From: an uncultured Candidatus Binatia bacterium
GTDB lineage: Bacteria > Desulfobacterota > Binatia > UBA9968 > JAJDTQ01
Direction: 5' to 3'
DNA length: 64,000 nt
NCBI GenBank assembly: GCA_965215605.1
Contig: OZ244070.1
Location: 512,001-576,000, forward strand
Shown here: positions 45,565 through 55,067 of the stretch, piece by piece
How the letters are laid out: each line of letters starts with the position of its first letter
Position numbering within the stretch: position 1 is the stretch's first letter
Program-made: the position numbers and the translations under genes
Notes under the pieces: model-generated
Seen by the model: only the letters and a program-made list of their open reading frames with translations
Databases searched by the model: none
What the model was told of the DNA's origin: nothing

Positions 45565-46671
45565 CTACAGCGCGTACAGCCGGCGCGCGTTGTCGCTCAG
45601 GATCTTGCGCTTGACGTCTTCGCCCAGGTCGGTGCGCTCCCGGAAAATCTTGATGGCGTCCACGTCGCTGGAGGTGTCGGTGTGGCCGTAGTCGGTGCCG
45701 ATGACCAGGCCGTCCTCGCCGGTCTGCTGCACGATGTACGGCAGGTCGTCGGTATTTTCGCAGGTCACGAACATCCGGAAGTGGTCCATGGGGTTGTCCG
45801 GCCACTCACGGCCCATGGTCCGGAAACGGTTGCCGACTTCGTGAAGGATCCAGGGCAGCCACTGGGAGCTGGCTTCGATGAAACCCCAGCGCAGCTTCGG
45901 GAACAGCTCCGGCACCTCGCTGAACAGCACGTCGGCGAAGCCCCCCACGGTGGGGATGCGGAACCGGTGGAAGGTGGCGCCGAGCCGGACCGGGTGGCTG
46001 TAGAGGTCGTTGAGCCAGGAGCTGCCGTTGGCGATGTGGATCGCGATGGGCATGTCCAGGCGGCTGGCCTCTTCGTAGATGGGGTAGAAGTAGGGGTCCG
46101 CCAGCAGCTTGCTCCCCTCCACCGGGCGCAGCAGCACCGCGCAGGCGCCGTTCTCCCTGGAGAAACGGATCTGGTCCAACGCGTCCGACATGCTGAGGGT
46201 GGGTGCCAGGCAGGACCAGCGCAGCCGCCCGTCCGACTGGGCCCAGATGTCCGCCAGCCAGCGGTTCCAGCTCCCGCACAGCGCCACCTCTACCGGCGGC
46301 CGCTCCGTCACTTGCTCGATGAACATGGTGTTGTGCAGCACCTGCACGTCCACGCCGGTGTCGTCCATGTGCTCCAGCCGAAGCGCCACGTTGCCCAGCT
46401 CCCGGGCCTCCTTGGCCTCGGCGAACTTGCGGCCCACCTGTTCCTGGCGCCGTTGCAACTCCTCCTCCGAGAAGGCCGGGAAGCGGAACCCCCGCACCTT
46501 GCCGTCCACCAGCCAGAACTGGAGCGCGGCGCCGTTTTCCTCCGGTGATGCCAGCGGCACCGGACGGAACTGCCGCTCCGAGGGTTCGAGATAATCCCAG
46601 GTCCGGTCGCATTCCACCACGTGGGCGTCCGAATCCACGATCAAGGGGTTGCCGTTGGCCTCTGTACTCAT
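45565..46671 (-). CDS. Amidohydrolase_2 family protein (DxDxH type), tandem paralogue B
   Basis: Starts MSTEANGNPLIVDSDAH at 46671. Same 1107-nt length and same AAGGAGCACGCCATGAGT start context as paralogue A. Confidence 0.92.
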   Translation of the reverse strand: MSTEANGNPLIVDSDAHVVECDRTWDYLEPSERQFRPVPLASPEENGAALQFWLVDGKVRGFRFPAFSEEELQRRQEQVGRKFAEAKEARELGNVALRLEHMDDTGVDVQVLHNTMFIEQVTERPPVEVALCGSWNRWLADIWAQSDGRLRWSCLAPTLSMSDALDQIRFSRENGACAVLLRPVEGSKLLADPYFYPIYEEASRLDMPIAIHIANGSSWLNDLYSHPVRLGATFHRFRIPTVGGFADVLFSEVPELFPKLRWGFIEASSQWLPWILHEVGNRFRTMGREWPDNPMDHFRMFVTCENTDDLPYIVQQTGEDGLVIGTDYGHTDTSSDVDAIKIFRERTDLGEDVKRKILSDNARRLYAL

Positions 46672-46739
46672 GGCGTGCTCCTTTTCACGGGGCGTATTCG
46701 TTCGTCTGTTCCGGGCGGGACACGGCCCGCCCTTCTCTT

Positions 46740-48353
46740 TTACTGCAACTCGGCGAAAAAGTCGTTGCCCTTGTCGTCCACGATGATAAACGCCGGGAAG
46801 TTCTCGACGTCGATCTTCCACACCGCTTCCATGCCCAGCTCGGGATAGTCGAGCACCTCCACGTGCTTGATGTTGTCCTTGGCCAGGATCGCCGCCGGGC
46901 CGCCGATGGAGCCCAGGTAGAACCCGCCATGCTTCTTGCACGCATCGGTCACCTGCCGCGACCGGTTGCCCTTGGCCAGCGAGATCAGGCTGGCGCCGTG
47001 GGACTGGAACAACTCCACGTAAGAGTCCATGCGTCCCGCGGTGGTGGGGCCGAAGGAGCCGGAGGCGTAGCCCTCGGGGGTCTTGGCCGGCCCGGCGTAG
47101 TAGACCACGTGGTCCTTGAAATAGTCCGGCAACGGTTCGCCGGCGTCGAGCCGCTCCTTGAGCCTGGCGTGGGCCAGATCCCGGGCCACCACGATGGTGC
47201 CGTTCAAGGCCAGCCGGGTCTTCACCGGATGCCTGGAGAGGGTGCTCCGGATCTCGTCCATGGGCCGGCTCAGGTCGATGCTCACCACGGCGTCGGCGTC
47301 GTCTTCCTCGCGGAAGTCCGGCAGGTATTTCGCCGGATCGGTTTCCAGCCGCTCGAGGAACACCCCGTCCCGGGTGATCCTGGCCTTGGCCTGCCGGTCG
47401 GCGGAGCACGAAACGCCGATGCCCACCGGACAGGAAGCGCCGTGCCGGGGCAGACGGATCACCCGCACCTCGTGGGTGAAATACTTGCCGCCGAACTGCG
47501 CGCCCACGCCCATCTCGTGGCTGATGGCCTGGACCTTGGCCTCCAGGTCCAGGTCCCGGAACGCCCGGCCGTACTCGTTGCCGGTGGTGGGCAGGTTGTC
47601 CAGGTAGCGGGTGCTGGCCAGTTTGACGGTCTTGAGGTTGAACTCCGCGGACATCCCGCCCACCACGATGACCAGGTAGTAGGGCGGGCAGGCGGCGGTG
47701 CCGATGGTCTTGAGCTGCTTCTCCAGAAACGCCAACATCGACGCCTCGTTCAAGAGCGCCGGGGTCTGCTGGTACAGCACCGACTTGTTGGCGGAGCCGC
47801 CGCCCTTGGTGATGAACAAGAGCTCGTAGGCGTCGCCCGGCGTCGCGTAAAGCTCCACCTGGGCCGGCAGGTTGGTGCGGGTGTTCTGTTCCTCGTAGAG
47901 GCTCAGCGGCGCGAGTTGCGAGTAGCGCAGGTTGGTGCCGGTGTAGACGTCGTAGACGCCGGCGGAGAAAGCCTCCTCGTCGTTGGCGCCGGTGAAGACG
48001 TTCTCGCCCTTCTTGCCGATGACGATGGCGGTGCCGGTGTCCTGGCACGCCGGCAGCACGCCGCCGGCCGAGATGTTGGCGTTCTTGAGCTGCTGGATCG
48101 CCACGAAGCGGTCGTTCTTCGAAGCCTCGGGGTCCTCGAGGATGGCCCGCAGCTTGGCCAGGTGGCTGGGCCGGAACAGGTGGGAGATGTCATGGATGGC
48201 TTCCGCCGTGAGCTTCCGCAGCACCGCCGGGTCGACCTTCAGGATCGTGCGGCCGTCCAGCTCGATCTCGGATACTCCCTCCTTGCCCAGGCTGCGGTAC
48301 TCGGTGGTGTCCTCGCCGAGCTCGAAGATGGGCTGAAATCTGAATTCTGACAT
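46740..48353 (-). CDS. fumA: Class I (Fe-S) fumarate hydratase
   Basis: [52 protein letters not shown]. Start ATG 48353. Confidence 0.96.
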   Translation of the reverse strand: MSEFRFQPIFELGEDTTEYRSLGKEGVSEIELDGRTILKVDPAVLRKLTAEAIHDISHLFRPSHLAKLRAILEDPEASKNDRFVAIQQLKNANISAGGVLPACQDTGTAIVIGKKGENVFTGANDEEAFSAGVYDVYTGTNLRYSQLAPLSLYEEQNTRTNLPAQVELYATPGDAYELLFITKGGGSANKSVLYQQTPALLNEASMLAFLEKQLKTIGTAACPPYYLVIVVGGMSAEFNLKTVKLASTRYLDNLPTTGNEYGRAFRDLDLEAKVQAISHEMGVGAQFGGKYFTHEVRVIRLPRHGASCPVGIGVSCSADRQAKARITRDGVFLERLETDPAKYLPDFREEDDADAVVSIDLSRPMDEIRSTLSRHPVKTRLALNGTIVVARDLAHARLKERLDAGEPLPDYFKDHVVYYAGPAKTPEGYASGSFGPTTAGRMDSYVELFQSHGASLISLAKGNRSRQVTDACKKHGGFYLGSIGGPAAILAKDNIKHVEVLDYPELGMEAVWKIDVENFPAFIIVDDKGNDFFAELQ

Positions 48354-48392
48354 GAAATGTTTCTCCTTGGGATTGGTCGGTTTGTACCGCAA

Positions 48393-48435
48393 ATTATACC
48401 CGGACCCTTGACGCTAACGCAAAGTCACGTATGAT
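48393..48435. promoter_or_regulatory. Overlapping divergent sigma70-like promoters (fumarase / thiolase)
   Basis: Plus strand TTGACG-16 nt-TATGAT (48408-48435); minus strand TTGCGT-18 nt-TATAAT (48422-48393). Confidence 0.5.
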
Positions 48436-48489
48436 TCGATTCCAGCAAACGAGGGGTCTCAGCCAGTCACACGAGGGAGTCCTTCATCC

Positions 48490-49695
48490 ATGAGCATTCG
48501 CGGCAACACGGCCATCGTCGGCATCGGCGAAACCCCTGTGGACCGCCTGGGCCGGCGCCCGGGCGAGCGGCGCCGGACCATTCCGGAGTACCTGACCTGG
48601 GCCGCCCGGCTGGCCATGGAGGACGCCGGACTCACGCGCAAGGACTTCGACGGCCAGGGGCTCGCCGCCATCTACACCACCAACTACCTGCAACCCTTCT
48701 GGCCCGAGGAGACCGCTTCCATCCTGGGCATCGCGCCGGCCCTTTCCATGGCCAACGCCAACGGCGGCGCCGCCACGGTGTCGGCGCTGGGACAGGCGGC
48801 CGCGGCCATCCAGGCCGGGTTGGTGGAGCGAGTCCTCTGCGTAGCCGCTTCGTGCACGTTCGTGGAAAACCACAACGGGGTCGAGCCCCGCGACGTGCGG
48901 GATCACGAGGTGCCCTACGGCCTCATGGGCGCCAACAGCGGCATCGCCCTGGTGATGCGGCGGCACATGCACCAATACGGCACCACCCTCGATGCCCTGG
49001 GGAACATCGCGGTGACCGCCCGCTACCATGCGTCGCTGAACCCCAACTCCTATCTCAAGAAGCCCATGACCCTGGAGGACTACAAGACCTCCCGCATGGT
49101 GGCCGACCCGGTGCGGCTGCTGGACTGCGTGATGCCGGCCAACGGCGGCAAGGCCTTCATCCTGACCTCGGCCGAGAAGGCCGCCTCGATGCCGCGGAAG
49201 CCGGTGTACCTCATGGGCTTCGGCGAGCAGGACAACCCCAGCTACGGCCCCCGCACCCACTCGGACGCAACCATCATGGGGATCAAGGACGCCGGCGCCC
49301 GGGCCTTCGACATGGCGGGGGCCACTCCGGCGGACATGGACTTCGCCGAGTTGTACGATGACTACGTGGTCATCGAGCTGATGCAGATCGAGGACCTGGG
49401 GTTCTGCGACAAGGGCGACACGAAGTTCTTCGAGTCCACCGACTTCTCCTTCAAGGGCACGCTGCCGATCCAGACCGGCGGCGGCATGATCAACTGCGGG
49501 CAGCCGTCCACCGCCGGCGGCATGATCCATATCCTGGAGGCCGTCACCCAACTGCGGGGCGGCGGCGGCGAGCGGCAGGTGGCCGACGCGCGCACCGGCA
49601 TCGTCACCGGCCTCGGCGGTCTCCCCTACGGCAAGAACCTCGGCTCCACCGCCGTGGCCATCCTGAGCAACGAGACAGGAAACTCCAATGGCTGA
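48490..49695 (+). CDS. Thiolase-like protein (SCP-x/lipid-transfer type)
   Basis: AIVGIGET, HASLNP, PVRLLDC, ELYDDY, LPIQTGGG, EAVTQLRG. Confidence 0.9.
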   Translation: MSIRGNTAIVGIGETPVDRLGRRPGERRRTIPEYLTWAARLAMEDAGLTRKDFDGQGLAAIYTTNYLQPFWPEETASILGIAPALSMANANGGAATVSALGQAAAAIQAGLVERVLCVAASCTFVENHNGVEPRDVRDHEVPYGLMGANSGIALVMRRHMHQYGTTLDALGNIAVTARYHASLNPNSYLKKPMTLEDYKTSRMVADPVRLLDCVMPANGGKAFILTSAEKAASMPRKPVYLMGFGEQDNPSYGPRTHSDATIMGIKDAGARAFDMAGATPADMDFAELYDDYVVIELMQIEDLGFCDKGDTKFFESTDFSFKGTLPIQTGGGMINCGQPSTAGGMIHILEAVTQLRGGGGERQVADARTGIVTGLGGLPYGKNLGSTAVAILSNETGNSNG

Positions 49696-50119
49696 AGCTT
49701 CACGGGAACCCCGACGCCCGCTCCCGGAGATCACCGAGCTCACCGCACCTTTCTGGCAGGCCGCCAGGACAGGCCGGCTGGTGATGCAGCGCTGCCGCAC
49801 CTGCGGCGAGCTGGTGTGGTGCCCCCGCCCGTCGTGCGTGGAGTGCGGCGGCGAAGAACTGGAATGGGACGAACTCAGCGGCCGCGGCACCGTCTATTCC
49901 TTCACCATCATCCGCCAGTTGGCGGGCCGCGGCGCCCGCGCCTTCGAGAGGGACATCCCCTACGTCATCGCCTGGGTGGACCTGGAGGAAGGCCCCCGCT
50001 ACTACACCAACATCGTGGACTGTCCGGTGGACAACGTGGAGATCGGGATGGAGGTGGAAGTGGTGTTCGATCCCGTCAGCGACGACATCAGCCTCCCCAA
50101 GTTCAAGCCCCGCTCGTAG
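49688..50119 (+). CDS. DUF35 Zn-ribbon/OB-fold protein
   Basis: PFWQAA, CRTC..PR..CVECG, SGRGTVYSFT, VDLEEGPR; overlaps the thiolase stop. Confidence 0.93.
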   Translation: MAEASREPRRPLPEITELTAPFWQAARTGRLVMQRCRTCGELVWCPRPSCVECGGEELEWDELSGRGTVYSFTIIRQLAGRGARAFERDIPYVIAWVDLEEGPRYYTNIVDCPVDNVEIGMEVEVVFDPVSDDISLPKFKPRS

Positions 50120-50177
50120 AGGCGACCGGCCGGTCGCCCGTGATTTGCCGCCCGGCCGGGGCGGCCCTCTCCCCTAC
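50116..50177. repeat. GTAG REP-like palindrome plus inverted degenerate partner
   Basis: GTAG-AGGCGACCGGCCGGTCGCCC at 50116-50139 (TAG is the DUF35 stop) and ...CCCCTAC ending at 50177. Confidence 0.6.
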
Positions 50178-50246
50178 CTGTGCGCGCTAGGCAAGCAAGC
50201 CCGGTTTTGCTAATGCACTCCTATCAAGTCCGACCCGGAGGATGTC

Positions 50247-51338
50247 ATGCCAGTCATCGATGCCGATACCCACGTAGACGAAACCGAGGACACCTGGGCG
50301 TTCCTGCGCGACGGCGACGAGGCATTGAGGCCCACCACCGCCTATCCCAAGGGCCAGGACGCCAGCAACGCGATCATGCGCTACTGGATGATCGACGGAA
50401 GGCGCCAGATCCGCTTCGTCCGCACGGACGAGGAAACCCACACCACCGAGGGAGCCCGGGAACTCACGGACGTGAAACGGCGCCTGGCGGACATGGACCG
50501 CATGGGGGTGGACTATCAGGTGATGTACCCCACCCTGTTCCTGGTGGAGTTCACCGACAACCCTGAGATCGAGCTGGCGCTCCGCCGCAGCTACAACCGC
50601 TGGATGGGCGAACGCTGGGCCGAGTCCGAGGGCCGGTTGCGCTGGGTCATGCTCCCGCCCACCCAGAACATGGAGGCGCTCCCGGACGAGCTGCGCTTCG
50701 CCAAGGAACACGGCGCCTGCGGCGTACTCAAGAAGGGCGACCGGGAAGCCGGGGTGTGGGCCAACGATCCGTATTTCTTCCCGATGTACGAGGAAGCCCA
50801 GAAGCTCGACATGCCCATCTGCTTTCACACCGGCTCGGGCGTTCCGGATTTCACCCCCGCGCGGGAGTTCACCTTCAGCCGCTTCTACCGCATCCTGCTG
50901 CCGGTGGTACATGCGTTCCAGTCCCTGATCGTCCACGGCGTGCCGGATCGGTTCCCCACTCTGCGCTTCGGCTTCATCGAGGCTACCGCCTCCTGGGTGC
51001 CCTTCGTGCTGTACGAAATCCGCCGGCGGCTGGAGAAAAACAAGGAACGGCCCACCAGCGTGCTGCGCTCCACCATGGAGATCGAGGACATGCCGGAGGA
51101 CATCCTGCAGCGGAACCGCATGTACGTATCGTTCCAGGTTGACGAGGACCTGAGCTACGTCGTTCACCACACGGGCGAAGACAATCTCCTCGTGGGCTCG
51201 GACTACACGCACAACGATTCCGCCCAGGAGATGGATTTCCTGGGGCTCCTCAAGCAGCGTGCCGACAAGGGCGACATCTCCCATTCGGCGGTCACCAAGA
51301 TCACCCAGGACAACCCCAAGAACTTCTACGGTATCTGA
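50247..51338 (+). CDS. Amidohydrolase_2 family protein (DxDxH type)
   Basis: IDADTHVDE, QVMYPT, SYNRW, CFHTG, FIEA, VGSDYTH. Confidence 0.92.
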   Translation: MPVIDADTHVDETEDTWAFLRDGDEALRPTTAYPKGQDASNAIMRYWMIDGRRQIRFVRTDEETHTTEGARELTDVKRRLADMDRMGVDYQVMYPTLFLVEFTDNPEIELALRRSYNRWMGERWAESEGRLRWVMLPPTQNMEALPDELRFAKEHGACGVLKKGDREAGVWANDPYFFPMYEEAQKLDMPICFHTGSGVPDFTPAREFTFSRFYRILLPVVHAFQSLIVHGVPDRFPTLRFGFIEATASWVPFVLYEIRRRLEKNKERPTSVLRSTMEIEDMPEDILQRNRMYVSFQVDEDLSYVVHHTGEDNLLVGSDYTHNDSAQEMDFLGLLKQRADKGDISHSAVTKITQDNPKNFYGI

Positions 51339-51401
51339 ACAGCAACGGGGCCGGGCGGGGAAAGCCGTGACCGGACCCCCCCTGCTCCGAGGAGAGATCG
51401 G

Positions 51402-52529
51402 ATGAAGGAATCCCCGGACAGGCCGCTGGCCGACGAAGACGTGGAAAAGCGCCTGTTTCCCGCACTTGGCCTCCCCGGCGGCGGCCAGCTCGAGGTGCGC
51501 ATGGAGGCGCCCTTGCTGCATCCGGACCCGGACGTGCGGGAAGTGGCACAGCGGTACAAGCCCTTCAACCTGGACAGTTGGCACACCGAATGGACCCGCA
51601 TGGCCGAGAAGAACGAGGCGCTGGCGGCGGGGTTCGAGGACGAGGGGCGCCGCGTCACCGCCCATGACTTCTATCGGCGGGCTGCGGAGTTCTACCGGCG
51701 GGCGCTGGTGTACATGCCGGACAGCGACCCACGCATGATGGAGAGCCACCGCAAGCTCAAGGAGACCTTCGACAAGGCCTGGAGCCTGGTCACGCCGCCC
51801 TTCGAGCGGTTGGAGATCCCCTACGAGGGCCACATGCTGGACGCGTTGTTCTACCCGGCCAGGGGCAAGGCGGGGACCCGGTTCCCCACCGTGTACAACT
51901 ACGGCGGCGCCGACGGCATCCTGCTGCGCGGGTTGGACGGCGACGCCGGGCAGTACGTGCGCCGGGGCATGTCCTTCATCGACGTGGACGGGCCGGGACA
52001 CGGAGCCGCCCTGCGGGAGGAGAAGCTCTACGCGCCGCCGGATTCGGAGCGGGTGGCCAAGGCCGTCATCGACTACCTGGTGACGCGCCCGGACGTGGAC
52101 CCGGACCGCATCGGCCTCCACGGCTCCAGCATGGGCGGGTATTCCGGACCCCGGTGCGCCACCGAGGAGAAGCGCATCAAGGCGGTGGCCGTGTGGAGCG
52201 GCGCCTACCACCTGGTGGACGACATCTTCGACTACTACCCGCCGATCCAGGACAGGCTGCGCTGGCTGATGGGCGCCAGGGACCTCAAGGAAGCCCGGGA
52301 ACGGATCCAGGAGTTCACCCTCGTGGGCCGGGCGCACAAGATCGAGTGCCCGCTGCTGGTGGGCTACAATCACGACGACCGGGTGATGGACCCGAGGGGC
52401 GCCATCCGCCTTTACGAAAACGCCGTGAATACCCCACGGGAACTGCTGGACGGCGTGGGGCACCACGAGAAGCGTTTCGACCGGCGAAGCTTCATCGTGG
52501 ACTGGTTCGCGAAGCAACTGATGGCCTGA
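51402..52529 (+). CDS. Alpha/beta hydrolase (2,6-dihydroxypseudooxynicotine hydrolase/FrsA-like)
   Basis: Helical N-domain RRAAEFYRRA, IPYEG, GGADG, DGPGHG, nucleophile GSSMGGY, IECPLL, GHH. Confidence 0.88.
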   Translation: MKESPDRPLADEDVEKRLFPALGLPGGGQLEVRMEAPLLHPDPDVREVAQRYKPFNLDSWHTEWTRMAEKNEALAAGFEDEGRRVTAHDFYRRAAEFYRRALVYMPDSDPRMMESHRKLKETFDKAWSLVTPPFERLEIPYEGHMLDALFYPARGKAGTRFPTVYNYGGADGILLRGLDGDAGQYVRRGMSFIDVDGPGHGAALREEKLYAPPDSERVAKAVIDYLVTRPDVDPDRIGLHGSSMGGYSGPRCATEEKRIKAVAVWSGAYHLVDDIFDYYPPIQDRLRWLMGARDLKEARERIQEFTLVGRAHKIECPLLVGYNHDDRVMDPRGAIRLYENAVNTPRELLDGVGHHEKRFDRRSFIVDWFAKQLMA

Positions 52530-52539
52530 ACCTCCAAAC

Positions 52540-52689
52540 GGCTCGGGCTACGGCCACGCCGACAACGCCAGCGAGTTGCTGGCGCTCAAGGGGATCCCGG
52601 ACAAGGGCGGGATCGAGCCCGCGGTCATCGACAAGATCCTCGCCCACAACCCGGCCCGCTTCCACGGGCCGACCGAGCGGCGCGCCTGA
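52540..52689 (+). pseudogene. 3' remnant of an amidohydrolase gene
   Basis: Translates GSGYGHADNASELLALKGIPDKGGIEPAVIDKILAHNPARFHGPTERRA*, matching the C-terminus of 52713-53744. No start codon. Confidence 0.85.
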
Positions 52690-52712
52690 CGCGCCCGCGA
52701 CTGGAGGAGAAC

Positions 52713-53744
52713 ATGCCGGCCATCGACGCTGACGCCCATGTCATCGAGACGGAACACACCTGGGACTACCTGGAGGGCCGCGACAAGCGGTTCCGCCCGG
52801 TGCCCGTTTCCGTGGACATGCCGGACGGCGCCACCCGGAATTTCTGGGTCATCAACGGCAAGCTCATCGGCGGACGCGACAACATCGGCCTGGACACCCC
52901 CAAGGAGTCTCGGGACATGGCCGACATCGACGCGCGGCTGAAGCACATGGACGAGATCGGCACCGACGTGCAGGTGCTCTACCCCACCCTGTTCCTGCGC
53001 CCGGTCACGGACCGCTCGGACGTGGAGCTAGCCCTGTGCCGTTCCTACAACCGCTGGCTCGCCGACGTCTGGGCCGCCGGCAAGGGGCGGCTGCGCTGGG
53101 CGGCGCAACTGCCGTTGCTCAGCATGGACGAGGCCCTGGAGGAATTGCGATGGGCCACGGAGCACGGCGCCTGCGCCGTGTTCATGCGCGGCCTGGAAAC
53201 CAACCACCCGCTGCACCACCCGTACTTCTTCCCGCTGTACGACGAGGCCCAGCGGCTCGACGTGCCCATCGGCATCCACTCCGGCATCGGCAACGCCGCG
53301 GTTTCGGAAGCCTTCGGCAACGACCCGTTCCGCACCGCCAAGCTGACGGTCATCGGCGCCGTCCACGCCATGATCATGCGCGGCATCCCGCGGCGCTTCC
53401 CGGAACTGCGCATCGGCGCCATCGAGGTGGCCGCCCAATGGGTCCCCCACGTGGTCCGGGACATCACGCTGCGGAACCGGAAAAGCGGAGTGGAGTCCGA
53501 CGGCGATCTGCTCCCCGCGAACCGTCTCTACGTCGCCTGCCAGACGGACGACGACCTGCCCTACGTCCTCGATCACGCCGGCGAGGACATGATCATGATC
53601 GGCTCCGACTACGGACACAATGACAACGCCAGCGAGTTGCTGGCATTGAAGGGCCTGCGGGAGAAGGGCGAGGTGGCGCCCCATGTCATCGACAAGATCC
53701 TGGATCAGAACCCCTCCCGGTTCTACGGGTTGTCGGAGGACTAA
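52713..53744 (+). CDS. Amidohydrolase_2 family protein (DxDxH type)
   Basis: IDADAHVIE, QVLYPT, SYNRW, GIHSG, IGSDYGH. Confidence 0.92.
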   Translation: MPAIDADAHVIETEHTWDYLEGRDKRFRPVPVSVDMPDGATRNFWVINGKLIGGRDNIGLDTPKESRDMADIDARLKHMDEIGTDVQVLYPTLFLRPVTDRSDVELALCRSYNRWLADVWAAGKGRLRWAAQLPLLSMDEALEELRWATEHGACAVFMRGLETNHPLHHPYFFPLYDEAQRLDVPIGIHSGIGNAAVSEAFGNDPFRTAKLTVIGAVHAMIMRGIPRRFPELRIGAIEVAAQWVPHVVRDITLRNRKSGVESDGDLLPANRLYVACQTDDDLPYVLDHAGEDMIMIGSDYGHNDNASELLALKGLREKGEVAPHVIDKILDQNPSRFYGLSED

Positions 53745-53806
53745 CGGGGATCCGGCGATGGCGTCCATCGCCAGTGGCGACAAACCGGCTCGAAAGGAGA
53801 TCCGCC

Positions 53807-54928
53807 GTGAGTGATGCTTTCGACCTTCTTCTGGTCAACGGAACCGTGATCAATCCCGCGGCGGGGCCGCGGCAGGAGCTGGACGTGGGCATTGCCGGAG
53901 GCCGTATCGCGGCCATGGGGAAGGACCTGCCGCAGGACGGTGCCAAGCAGGTGCTCGACGTCGGCGGCTGCTTCGTGACCCCGGGCCTCATCGATTTCCA
54001 CGTCCACAGCTACTGGGGCGTCAACCCTTACGGCACCGACCTCGACGCCGTGTGCGGCGCCAGCGGCGTCACCACGGCCGCGGACGCGGGCTCCGCCGGC
54101 CCGGTGAACTTCCCCGGGTTTCGGCACTTGGTGTACGAAAGATCCCGCACCCGCATGCTGTCCTTCGTGGCGGTTGCCCAGCACGGCGTCCTCAACGTCC
54201 CTGGAGAGCTCGAGAACATCGGCTTCGCCGACCCCGATGGCGCCGCCCGCACGGTGCGGGAAAATCCCGATGTCGCGGTGGGCATCAAGATCCGGCTGCA
54301 CGTCAAGTCGGTGGGGGAGAACGGCCGGCAGGCCCTTGGGATGGCGGTGGGGGCCGGCGATGCCAGCGATTCGCCGGTGATGGTGCACGTGGGCGACACC
54401 GGCATTCCCATGGAGGAGATCGTCGAGACCCTGCGCGCGGGGGACATCGTCACCCATTGCTACACGCCGAAGCAGCCGGCCATCGTGGACCCCTCCGGCC
54501 GTCTTCGCCCGGCCGTCCTGAAGGCGCAGCGGCGCGGGGTGGTCTTCGACGTGGCCCACGCCAACGGGCATTTCGACTTCGATCTGGTGGCCCGGGCCAT
54601 GGACCAGGGGCTCCGCCCGGACATCATCAGCACCGATCTCCACCGGATGAGCGGCTCCGGCCCCGTGGTGGACCTGCCCACCACCCTGACCAAGTTCCTG
54701 ATGCTGGGACTGGATCTCGACGAGATCATCGCCGACTGCACCGCCAACGCCGCCCGGGCCATCGGCTGGGAAGATCGCCTCGGCGTCCTCGAGGTCGGGC
54801 GCGAGGCCGACGTGGCCGTTTTGGAGGTGATGGACGAGAAGACCATCCTGGCCGACAGCGTCGGCAACCGCCGCACCACCGGACAACGAATCGCCGCCCG
54901 CCATACCATCCGCGCCGGTGTCTTGTAG
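53807..54928 (+). CDS. Amidohydrolase/deacetylase (dihydroorotase-like binuclear) family protein
   Basis: PGLIDFHVH, DAGSAG, VGIKIRL, MVH, THCY, ISTD. GTG start after AAAGGAG. Confidence 0.9.
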   Translation: MSDAFDLLLVNGTVINPAAGPRQELDVGIAGGRIAAMGKDLPQDGAKQVLDVGGCFVTPGLIDFHVHSYWGVNPYGTDLDAVCGASGVTTAADAGSAGPVNFPGFRHLVYERSRTRMLSFVAVAQHGVLNVPGELENIGFADPDGAARTVRENPDVAVGIKIRLHVKSVGENGRQALGMAVGAGDASDSPVMVHVGDTGIPMEEIVETLRAGDIVTHCYTPKQPAIVDPSGRLRPAVLKAQRRGVVFDVAHANGHFDFDLVARAMDQGLRPDIISTDLHRMSGSGPVVDLPTTLTKFLMLGLDLDEIIADCTANAARAIGWEDRLGVLEVGREADVAVLEVMDEKTILADSVGNRRTTGQRIAARHTIRAGVL

Positions 54929-55067
54929 GACTCGTTTGCGACCTCCCGTTCTTCTGGATATTGGCCAAGGGCGCGAGCACTGCTAGTGTCCTGTCTGGTT
55001 AGTTGGCATCCTAGTAAATTGGCATCATAAGATGCGCAGGATTGGCGGTAGCGTTGGAAAGTGAACC

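Noticed and set aside
45565-48048. Apparent 827-aa fusion upstream of amidohydrolase B
   Set aside because: The N-terminal part is an alternate frame of fumarase. The real gene starts at 46671 with its own RBS.
55003-55035. Sigma54 promoter or TTGGCATC direct repeat before GH65
   Set aside because: GG-to-GC spacing is 11 rather than 10 nt. The two 8-mers may be a binding site but support is thin.
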